Source of the DNA: a virus
Taxonomy: Duplodnaviria; Heunggongvirae; Uroviricota; Caudoviricetes
DNA length: 37,462 nucleotides
Virus record (IMG/VR): IMGVR_UViG_2778261530_000007
Reading direction: 5' to 3' (one strand)
The first letter of the stretch is position 1. Each line of letters opens with the position of its first letter. A program made the position numbers and the translations under genes. The notes beneath the pieces are model-generated. The model saw nothing but the letters and a program-made list of their open reading frames with translations. It ran no database searches and was not told the origin of the DNA. This document shows, piece by piece, positions 1-7,124 of the stretch.

Positions 1-1008
1 CTAATCGATGGACAGTTTATGGACACTTTCAGCCAGCGGATTAAAGTTGATCGCGTCCTGTAAAAAGTCCGGCGAAAAATGAGCGTACGTCATTGTTTGC
101 TGAATCGTTGCGTGCCCCAGGATTCGTTGCAACGTAACAATATTTCCGCCATTCATCATAAAGTGTGTGGCAAATGTATGACGCATGACATGCGTAGCCT
201 GCCCCTTCGGCAAATCCGGTTTCACCTCCTGAAGAATCTCCCGGAACTTCAGATAATCAACCTGATACAATAACCCCGTTCGACGGGTTTTAATCAGAGG
301 CACGACCGAATCCGCCACAGGAACCGAACGGGATTTTCCGTTTTTGGTGTTAAAGAACGTCACCCGGTTGCCAACGATATGCTCTCCACGTAGTTCCGAT
401 GCTTCACTCCATCGGGCACCAGTAGAAAGACACAGAATGGCAACACGACGCGCATCACCCTCCAGTCGCTCAAGAAGCCGTTCAATCTCATCATCAGAAA
501 GAAAGGCCATCTCTGTGTTCTGAACTTTCAGTTTTCGTATACCGCGTACAGGGTTCGCGTTGTGAAAGACCTCAGCTTCAATCAGCACCGTGAACATGGT
601 AGACAGTACGCATAAGTCACGATTAATACTGGACGGCATTAATCCGGCCTGTAATTTCTCTGACCGATATTCAAGCATAAATTTTCGCGTCATCTGACTG
701 GCGCGAGGATCTCCCATTTCACGAACAACCTTCCCTAGCCTAACCCTGTAGCTATCCCCGTAAGCCTGATTACGCCCATCAAGCATCCACCACGCATCAA
801 GCAGCTCTGATAATCGCCGCTGATCAGCTGGCTTAGCCTGCCATGGCTTGTCATGAAAGTTCTGTAACACATACTTCTCAAACTCCTGAGCCTTTGATTT
901 CAGGGCAAAGATTTTTCGAATCCGCTTTCCTTCCGCCCCCTGCGGTCTGACATCGACCTGATAACGTCCGTCTTTGAGTTGCTTAATCGACATGATTAGC
1001 CCCTCCAA
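1..1008 (-). CDS. int: Phage tyrosine integrase (P2 Int family); true start may be the internal Met at 993
   Basis: Translation aligns along its length with P2 Int as recalled (MSIKQLKDGRY..., LSTGARW, RHTFATHF, TLQRILGH, TMTYAHF); stop codon is at window positions 1-3. Confidence 0.93.
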   Translation of the reverse strand: MEGLIMSIKQLKDGRYQVDVRPQGAEGKRIRKIFALKSKAQEFEKYVLQNFHDKPWQAKPADQRRLSELLDAWWMLDGRNQAYGDSYRVRLGKVVREMGDPRASQMTRKFMLEYRSEKLQAGLMPSSINRDLCVLSTMFTVLIEAEVFHNANPVRGIRKLKVQNTEMAFLSDDEIERLLERLEGDARRVAILCLSTGARWSEASELRGEHIVGNRVTFFNTKNGKSRSVPVADSVVPLIKTRRTGLLYQVDYLKFREILQEVKPDLPKGQATHVMRHTFATHFMMNGGNIVTLQRILGHATIQQTMTYAHFSPDFLQDAINFNPLAESVHKLSID

Positions 1009-1062
1009 CGGATAAATTAACTAAACACTCCTTGCGATATGTAATTCGCTCAATGTGTAGAG

Positions 1063-1404
1063 TCAGCCAACATTGCGGCCTGATCGGGGTGATTTTTGGG
1101 TAATACCGATTGAAACCTGATCGCCCTCCGACTGAATAGAGCCATCAAGAGAGAGAGCCGGGGCAACCTGCCCGGCAGCGGGAAATGTTTTGTCGTGAAG
1201 TATCCACATAGTGTATTTTTCGAATCGCTCGACTTGGATTACTTTTTCTACAACCTCAATTCGCGCAGGTTTATATCCAGACTCATAATTCCCTATAGTC
1301 CCTACAGAAACCCCCGTTACTTGCGAAAACTGAGATTGTGTAAGTTTTTCTGCATTTCTGATCGCCTTTAGTTTTTTGGCGTAATCTCTTGACATGTTCA
1401 CCAT
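1063..1404 (-). CDS. Immunity repressor, HTH XRE/Cro-CI type (P2 C / 186 CI functional analogue)
   Basis: HTH motif LTQSQFSQVTGVSVGTIGNYESG; sits between int and a divergently transcribed cox-like gene; GAGG ribosome-binding site upstream of ATG at 1404. Confidence 0.75.
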   Translation of the reverse strand: MVNMSRDYAKKLKAIRNAEKLTQSQFSQVTGVSVGTIGNYESGYKPARIEVVEKVIQVERFEKYTMWILHDKTFPAAGQVAPALSLDGSIQSEGDQVSIGITQKSPRSGRNVG

Positions 1405-1427
1405 ACGATGAGTATCCTCTTTTCACT

Positions 1428-1445
1428 CTTCACCACATGGTGAAG
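1428..1445. promoter_or_regulatory. Perfect palindrome CTTCACCA-CA-TGGTGAAG in the repressor/cox switch region; candidate operator
   Basis: 8-bp inverted repeat with 2-bp spacer read directly from the sequence, lying in the 103-bp divergent intergenic region. Confidence 0.4.
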
Positions 1446-1507
1446 AAGACAAACCAAAACAAACCATCACAAGGCGCAACAAGCGCACCAACGCAAGAGG
1501 ATAACAA

Positions 1508-2029
1508 ATGCGGGACTTCATTGCCGATAAAGAGTTATCTGAACACCAACCACTTCAGGAAAGTGACACACTCAGCGGATCCATTGATGCCGCCAACGAC
1601 GACGAACACGAAGAAAACAAGAAAAAGCGTTCCTACAAAAAAGGAGCGACTTTACGGCTGGATGGTCCGATCGCCGGGCTTTGCTCTCTGGAAAAAGGCG
1701 CGGCATATATTGGGATAACAAAATCTGCACTGCGCGTAGCCATTCATCGCGGTCAAATGCCGGGACACAAGACGCGCACAAACCCGGAAGATGAAAACTC
1801 AGACGGAGTATGGTGGTTTAACGCCAAAGAGTGGGACAAGTTGGCTGATGAGCTACCAGAGCACGAGCCCCCAGAATGGCACAACTGGAAAAATTACTGG
1901 ACGTATAACCGCCAGAAAAGGAAGTTCTCTCCAGCTAATAAAGAAGACTGCCAGACCATTAACGGTAAGCGAGTTTATACAGGCAGAAGCTCAAAACTGG
2001 ACCAACTCAGAAACAACAGAGGCAACTAA
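1508..2029 (+). CDS. Cox/Apl-like HTH early protein (putative excisionase / switch regulator) with extended termini
   Basis: Central segment GAAYIGITKSALRVAIHRGQMPG resembles the Cox/AlpA-type HTH; first gene of the rightward early operon; strong RBS AAGAGGA 7 nt upstream of ATG. Confidence 0.5.
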   Translation: MRDFIADKELSEHQPLQESDTLSGSIDAANDDEHEENKKKRSYKKGATLRLDGPIAGLCSLEKGAAYIGITKSALRVAIHRGQMPGHKTRTNPEDENSDGVWWFNAKEWDKLADELPEHEPPEWHNWKNYWTYNRQKRKFSPANKEDCQTINGKRVYTGRSSKLDQLRNNRGN

Positions 2030-2033
2030 TCGT

Positions 2034-2456
2034 ATGAAAACAAACACGTCAGATTTCACAATAACTATTTCAAAAAATGACCAAGCATTAATTGATAACC
2101 TGAAATACCTTGCGGAAAAACATAATAACGGACGAATTGCAATTAATTTACGACACATCACAGGAGTAACAATTGTAACCAGTTACTGGCATCTATATCT
2201 AATCGCTAAATCAGTACTGAAAAACAAAGATTCTGTTGTCAATGGAAGAGATGTAGATACTCTTCCTGCACAAATCAAACCGATAGCCTATCAATTGCGT
2301 AATCGTTTTAAAAATGAAGGTGGGATTATATTTGACTTTCCCGCAGCTGTAGCCGTGAGCTTCTCTCGGGAGGATATACTTCACTCATTTCGTTTTGCTC
2401 TATCAGGTGACGAGACATTATGGCAGCTAGAAGATGCCGGGAGCAGCCCGGCATAA
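2034..2456 (+). CDS. Hypothetical protein (141 aa) in an AT-rich moron; start taken at the internal ATG with a GAGG RBS rather than the long ORF-track start
   Basis: Uninterrupted ORF; AT-rich composition unlike flanking phage genes; no recognisable motif. Confidence 0.5.
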   Translation: MKTNTSDFTITISKNDQALIDNLKYLAEKHNNGRIAINLRHITGVTIVTSYWHLYLIAKSVLKNKDSVVNGRDVDTLPAQIKPIAYQLRNRFKNEGGIIFDFPAAVAVSFSREDILHSFRFALSGDETLWQLEDAGSSPA

Positions 2457-2462
2457 ATCAAA

Positions 2463-2654
2463 TTAAAAATCAACCAGTTGTGTGACAGGTGGGTATTTAC
2501 GCTGAATTTTGTCAGTTACTAACGCCAGTAATATATGAATCTCTGCGTTTAATGCGTCTTTATCACCCGTCGTTTTTACCCTAGGAGGGTTAATGTTATC
2601 CAGAGCAGCACTAAGGTCACTCAACAAATTAACAACTTTTTTATCTTCTGACAT
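2463..2654 (-). CDS. Hypothetical small protein (63 aa), convergent with the preceding moron gene
   Basis: ORF with AGAGG RBS 7 nt upstream of ATG on the minus strand; same AT-rich block. Confidence 0.45.
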   Translation of the reverse strand: MSEDKKVVNLLSDLSAALDNINPPRVKTTGDKDALNAEIHILLALVTDKIQRKYPPVTQLVDF

Positions 2655-2789
2655 GAAAACCTCTAAACAATTTAATTAAACATAAGCCAGGACCTGAACC
2701 GGCCAGTCCAAGTCCTAGACACACAAAAAATACCACAAATCAATACAAGGTGACACGAGTACACCTTACCGAAGGTACAGAGTTTTAAT

Positions 2790-3140
2790 ATGAAACTACA
2801 GCGCAATTCTTCACAGCCGCGCTTCCGCAACGGTGCGGAACGCCACGCTAACCGTTTCGCTACCAGTGCATCACGTAGCAACTCTCGCTACAGCCTGAGC
2901 GAAACACACGCAACGCCGGATGGCTACCCAGTAAAACAAATCGGCGAGCATACCTGGCTGATTGAGAAAGCTGGAATTGTGGTCCACAAATGCCCACGCA
3001 ATCCGTTTACCGGAAACCGCATTTTTGCATTGAGCAACGGCGACAATCAGTTCGGACAGGATTTTACATTGTACGAAGCGCTACGCACGGTTGACCGCTT
3101 AATTGCAGGACGTAGTTTTCAGCATCCACGGGGGAATTAA
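2790..3140 (+). CDS. Hypothetical early protein (116 aa)
   Basis: ORF in the rightward early operon; no recognisable motif. Confidence 0.5.
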   Translation: MKLQRNSSQPRFRNGAERHANRFATSASRSNSRYSLSETHATPDGYPVKQIGEHTWLIEKAGIVVHKCPRNPFTGNRIFALSNGDNQFGQDFTLYEALRTVDRLIAGRSFQHPRGN

Positions 3141-3143
3141 CCA

Positions 3144-3398
3144 ATGGCAACAACGACAAAAAACATGGTAGAGATAGCCTCGGCCTACACTCTTATCATA
3201 CACCGACTCATAGATAATAATGCCCGTGATGCATTAAATACGGTGAAACCTTTATCGGAAGCAAAAAGCGATACTATCAGCGGATTAAAGTCACTACAGG
3301 AATGCGCACGCTATGCAGGTGATCACGCCGCATACATGGCCATTAACGATGCAATTGAGCGCATTGAATCAGGTAAACCATTAAGAGATTTTGTTTAA
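3144..3398 (+). CDS. Hypothetical early protein (84 aa)
   Basis: Tightly packed ORF starting 4 nt after the previous stop. Confidence 0.55.
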   Translation: MATTTKNMVEIASAYTLIIHRLIDNNARDALNTVKPLSEAKSDTISGLKSLQECARYAGDHAAYMAINDAIERIESGKPLRDFV

Positions 3399-3418
3399 TT
3401 GTTTTCCGGGAAAATGCA

Positions 3419-3661
3419 ATGGGCAAAGAATATAAAACTCTCATTAACAAAGCACTTGAGCGTTTTTATTTTCGCTTAAGTGCATCAGGCGCTCATGCTG
3501 AACGCGCAGCCCGTGACTCATTGACCAGGGCAATCCGGAGTCTGTATGACGTGGCTTTTTACGCTGATGATCTGGATGCACTTAACGAACTTTCCGAACT
3601 CGTCTGCGCCGCAGAATGCGGAGAACATATTGAACCGTATAAGCTGGGGAATATCGCATGA
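3419..3661 (+). CDS. Hypothetical early protein (80 aa)
   Basis: ORF in operon context. Confidence 0.55.
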   Translation: MGKEYKTLINKALERFYFRLSASGAHAERAARDSLTRAIRSLYDVAFYADDLDALNELSELVCAAECGEHIEPYKLGNIA

Positions 3662-3771
3662 GTATATTTATGTCATGGATTGTTCTGATTATTTCGGTGG
3701 CCTGCGCCATTGGGATTATGCGAATTATTCATTCAGTGAAAAAGATTGAACGTTTTTTCTCTGACGAATAA
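3658..3771 (+). CDS. Small hydrophobic protein (37 aa, MSIFMSWIVLIISVACAIGIMRIIHSVKKIERFFSDE), single predicted TM helix
   Basis: Hand-translated; ATGA overlap with the upstream stop; below the ORF-track length cut-off. Confidence 0.35.
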   Translation: MSIFMSWIVLIISVACAIGIMRIIHSVKKIERFFSDE

Positions 3772-3864
3772 CAGCACAAACAAAACACCAGATTAAACAA
3801 GAAAACGTGAAAACCATCCGCATTAGCGGAGGTATTCGCACACGTAAATAACGGAGATACAAAA

Positions 3865-4275
3865 ATGAACGCAAAAGAAAAAGGCATTGTAACTGCGCTA
3901 AAAAATATATCAGAGACCGCAAACAGAGCCATTCAGGATGCAACAAATGCAGGAATGATTGGGCCTGCCACCACGGCCATGATGATAACAAGAGTAACCG
4001 CCGAAGCAGCCGAAATCATCGAAAAACAGGATGCTGAACTAACGGTTCTCAAAACACAACCAACCACCAGACTGAATTTATCTGACATTGGACACCTTAT
4101 TCATATTATTGGCTCGGAGCTACAGCAATACATCATTATCGCCGAATTGCAGGACAAATACCTGATTACCCCTTACCCCGTAAGAGAGTCAGAAGTTCTG
4201 ACAAATCTCCGCCTGATAGAACGCACTCAGGCCGCATTCATTGATGGCACGCAACGTGCCGTATTTAACGCATAG
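3865..4275 (+). CDS. Hypothetical early protein (136 aa)
   Basis: ORF in operon context. Confidence 0.55.
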   Translation: MNAKEKGIVTALKNISETANRAIQDATNAGMIGPATTAMMITRVTAEAAEIIEKQDAELTVLKTQPTTRLNLSDIGHLIHIIGSELQQYIIIAELQDKYLITPYPVRESEVLTNLRLIERTQAAFIDGTQRAVFNA

Positions 4276-4280
4276 GGCTA

Positions 4281-4502
4281 TTGGACAAAGAGAGCGTAAT
4301 GGCAATTAAGCATTTTCCCGTCGTTCGCTTTACCTCCAGAGGGCGCGAATACGAGGTCGACGAACGCCTGATTACCACTATCGACAAACACCGTTCAGAA
4401 AAAGATGCACATCACATCTATCTCACTGACGGCACTTACTTCTGCGCCACGAATGTGGCGCGGGTGAACCTTATCCGACAGGTACAGGAGTCACGCAGAT
4501 GA
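4281..4502 (+). CDS. Hypothetical early protein (73 aa)
   Basis: ORF; stop overlaps the next start. Confidence 0.45.
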   Translation: MDKESVMAIKHFPVVRFTSRGREYEVDERLITTIDKHRSEKDAHHIYLTDGTYFCATNVARVNLIRQVQESRR

Positions 4503-4744
4503 CCATTCTGGACTACATCGCCGCCAATCCGGGTTGTAGCGGTGGAGAAATCGCCGCAGCACTGAATACCCCAACCACAACCATTAATGCGGAGTTACGC
4601 CGACTCTGGCGCGACGGCTTAGTCATCAGAGAAGAACGCAAAACAGGCGGTCGGTTCTCTTACCAGGTAAACCCGATGCCGTTCGGGTGCAGCAACCCAC
4701 TCACCCGCATGTTTAACCAGCTACTGAAGGAAGCCAGAGCATGA
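4499..4744 (+). CDS. Small putative winged-helix DNA-binding protein (81 aa)
   Basis: Sequence pattern GGEIAAALNTPTTTINAELRRLWRDGLVIRE typical of a wHTH recognition helix plus wing; overlapping start/stop with neighbours. Confidence 0.5.
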   Translation: MTILDYIAANPGCSGGEIAAALNTPTTTINAELRRLWRDGLVIREERKTGGRFSYQVNPMPFGCSNPLTRMFNQLLKEARA

Positions 4745-5040
4745 GCACCATCAACCACCAGGAACTACGCGAACTGGCGACTGACCTGCAACGAATGGCA
4801 ACGCATCAAAAATTACTGGCGTTTCGCGCAATGCTCTCGCCATCTGCCGTGTTGGCACTACTGGATGAACTGGAGCACGCCAGAACCACAGCGCCAGCCA
4901 TTCGCCTGACGCTCCATCATGAAATCGCTGATTTCTGTGCACCACTGGGTTCACCTGGCGAACCGGAAACACCGGAAACAATGCAGCGAGAGCTGCTGCA
5001 ACGCATCGACAAGGTTTTTGATTTTTTCCTTAACCAGTAA
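4741..5040 (+). CDS. Hypothetical early protein (99 aa)
   Basis: ORF, translationally coupled to the upstream gene. Confidence 0.55.
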   Translation: MSTINHQELRELATDLQRMATHQKLLAFRAMLSPSAVLALLDELEHARTTAPAIRLTLHHEIADFCAPLGSPGEPETPETMQRELLQRIDKVFDFFLNQ

Positions 5041-5051
5041 GGGATCGCAGC

Positions 5052-5255
5052 ATGAACAAAAAGACCTGGTTTCGCGCATACATGTGGGCGCTGGTATGCG
5101 TCCTCGTTTCTCTCATTCTGTATGCAGGACTACTCCCCCGAATGATTTCATCAGACAGCTCCTTCCTGGTATTGCTGGGCATTTTCATTGCCATGCTGTA
5201 CCCGGCAGGCGTTGTTCGCCTTTTCAGTAAGTACATCAAGGAAATCAAACAATGA
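5052..5255 (+). CDS. Small membrane protein with two predicted TM helices (67 aa); possible partner of the downstream SPFH protein
   Basis: Two hydrophobic stretches (WALVCVLVSLILYAGLL and FLVLLGIFIAMLYPAGVV); stop overlaps the SPFH gene start (ATGA). Confidence 0.55.
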   Translation: MNKKTWFRAYMWALVCVLVSLILYAGLLPRMISSDSSFLVLLGIFIAMLYPAGVVRLFSKYIKEIKQ

Positions 5256-6082
5256 AGAAATTCAAACTCTTTCAGATTATCCCTCTTTTTGCCGCCATCC
5301 TGCTGGTTGGTTGCGATCGTGTTGAGCCAGGTAATGTGGGCATCAAAGTCAACAAACTGGGCGACGATAAAGGCGTCGGTGAAGTGGTTGGTGTTGGCCG
5401 CTACTGGACTGGCTGGAATACCGAGGTTTACATCTTCCCGACCTTCAAACAAATGAAGACCTACGATGAGCCGTTCAGCTTCCAGATGAGTGACGGCACA
5501 ACCATCGGCTATCACATCGGTGTGGCCTACAAGGTTGATCCATCCAAAGTTACTACAGTGTTTCAGACCTACCGCAAAGGCGTGGATGACATTACCGACA
5601 CTGACCTGCGCCAGAAGATAGCCGACGCACTCAACCGACTGGCCAGCAAAATGACCACCGACAAATTTATCGACGGCGGGAAATCTGAACTACTGGATGC
5701 AGCTCTTAAAGACATTCAGGAGGAAATGACACCCATCGGTATTCAGGTAATGAGCCTCTCATATGTGGGTAAGCCGGAGTACCCGTCAACCGTTATCGAC
5801 AGCATTAATGCCAAAGTCACGGCAAACCAGAAAACCCTGCAACGCGAACAGGAAGTCAAGCAACGTGAAGCAGAAGCCAACATGTTGCGCGCAGAAGCTG
5901 CCGGACAGGCTGATGCGATTCGCACAAAAGCCCAGGCTGAAGCCGACGCTATTCGTTTACGCGGTGAAGCTCTGCGCCAGAATCCCGGCGTTATGGAGCT
6001 GGAAGCAATCAACAAATGGAACGGCACGCTGCCGCAATACATGACCAGCAATACCGCTGTTCCGTTTGTTCCGGTGAAGTAA
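5252..6082 (+). CDS. SPFH/band-7 (prohibitin/flotillin-like) domain lipoprotein
   Basis: Lipobox signal peptide ending LLVGC; SPFH-like core followed by an Ala/Glu/Gln-rich coiled-coil (EQEVKQREAEANMLRAEAAGQADAIRTKAQAEADAIRLRGEA). Confidence 0.8.
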   Translation: MKKFKLFQIIPLFAAILLVGCDRVEPGNVGIKVNKLGDDKGVGEVVGVGRYWTGWNTEVYIFPTFKQMKTYDEPFSFQMSDGTTIGYHIGVAYKVDPSKVTTVFQTYRKGVDDITDTDLRQKIADALNRLASKMTTDKFIDGGKSELLDAALKDIQEEMTPIGIQVMSLSYVGKPEYPSTVIDSINAKVTANQKTLQREQEVKQREAEANMLRAEAAGQADAIRTKAQAEADAIRLRGEALRQNPGVMELEAINKWNGTLPQYMTSNTAVPFVPVK

Positions 6083-6088
6083 TTAAAC

Positions 6089-6113
6089 CCGGCCAGTGAA
6101 AATCACTGGCCGG
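6089..6113 (+). terminator. Strong stem-loop (11-bp stem CCGGCCAGTGA / TCACTGGCCGG) just after the SPFH gene
   Basis: Perfect inverted repeat read from the sequence; a T-run follows about 10 nt downstream. Confidence 0.5.
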
Positions 6114-6250
6114 AGCAGTATCAGGATTTTTTAGTATGCCGTTCTCACAAAAAAACCGCTTGCCATGCCGCAATCAGTCAGGTTACATTTCCGCTGCACC
6201 TCATAAAACGGGTGCCGGGATTGGAACCCCGCTGACAACCAAAGCGCACA

Positions 6251-6270
6251 ACCGCGCCAGCGGTTTTTTT
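6251..6270 (+). terminator. Rho-independent terminator (ACCGCGCCAGCGGT followed by T7)
   Basis: GC stem followed directly by TTTTTTT. Confidence 0.55.
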
Positions 6271-6449
6271 GTGCGTACCGTATCGCCACGTCGTTTTCGC
6301 ACACGAATTATGGTGGGGCGTATGGGGCCGACTTCGGTCGGGCCGGGTTCTTTGGTTGCCGGTAGTTCCAACCCTGTACGTCTCACCACCCCGAGCTTGG
6401 AACCTCTGGATGGTGAGTTTTCAAAACTTACAACCAAAGAGGCCACACC

Positions 6450-6680
6450 ATGGCAAACCGCAAACAACAGCGCACATACGCTGCGCGTCGTCACATCCAG
6501 ACTGAAATCAACCGCAGACTTTTCCGCGCATTCCGCGTCGCGCAAATCATGCACATCAATATGCTGCATGAGCGCAGCCACGCACTATCAAACATTTATT
6601 CCGCCTCTGTTTTCAGCTATCTGGCAGATGATCTGCGCGAGCTTCAGCAGCTCATCCAGCAGCAAAACAAACTCCATTAA
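6450..6680 (+). CDS. Hypothetical basic protein (76 aa)
   Basis: ORF with AAGAGG RBS about 8 nt upstream of ATG. Confidence 0.5.
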   Translation: MANRKQQRTYAARRHIQTEINRRLFRAFRVAQIMHINMLHERSHALSNIYSASVFSYLADDLRELQQLIQQQNKLH

Positions 6681-6752
6681 TTCCTGTTCCGGGCCTTTCC
6701 TGCACCTTGCGGCGGGAGGCCTTCGCACATCTGTAACAAGAGGATTGCCGCA

Positions 6753-7118
6753 ATGATTCTCGCCAACGACTTTCTTGAATACCTGCTCAACACAGAGCGT
6801 GATCTTGCCGCTCGCGTGCGTGATCGTTATGACATGTACCTGAAATCCCTGCCTGTACCGCAGCTCGCTGACGGAAAGATTGTTATTGATGGTCGCTACA
6901 TGATTGACAGCCACGAGGGAAATTACAGGCTTTACCGCATTGAAGGTGGCACCCCGTCCATTATTGGCATTTACCAGCGCCCATCCTCTGCAATCGTCGA
7001 TGTGATTGCCGACAGCATCCGCATCACACATCGCCATGCCGACACAGAAGACACCGTGCTGGAAATTCAGCGGCTGGCTACAGTCTGCCGCGACACCCTG
7101 TATGGCATGACGAAGTAA
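6753..7118 (+). CDS. Hypothetical protein immediately upstream of gene A (121 aa)
   Basis: ORF in operon context. Confidence 0.55.
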   Translation: MILANDFLEYLLNTERDLAARVRDRYDMYLKSLPVPQLADGKIVIDGRYMIDSHEGNYRLYRIEGGTPSIIGIYQRPSSAIVDVIADSIRITHRHADTEDTVLEIQRLATVCRDTLYGMTK

Positions 7119-7124
7119 ATCACT

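Noticed and set aside
6136-6756. 206-aa plus-strand ORF and overlapping 126-aa minus-strand ORF
   Set aside because: Ser/Thr/Arg-rich, no ribosome-binding site, and they span two terminators; the region is more likely non-coding or RNA-encoding
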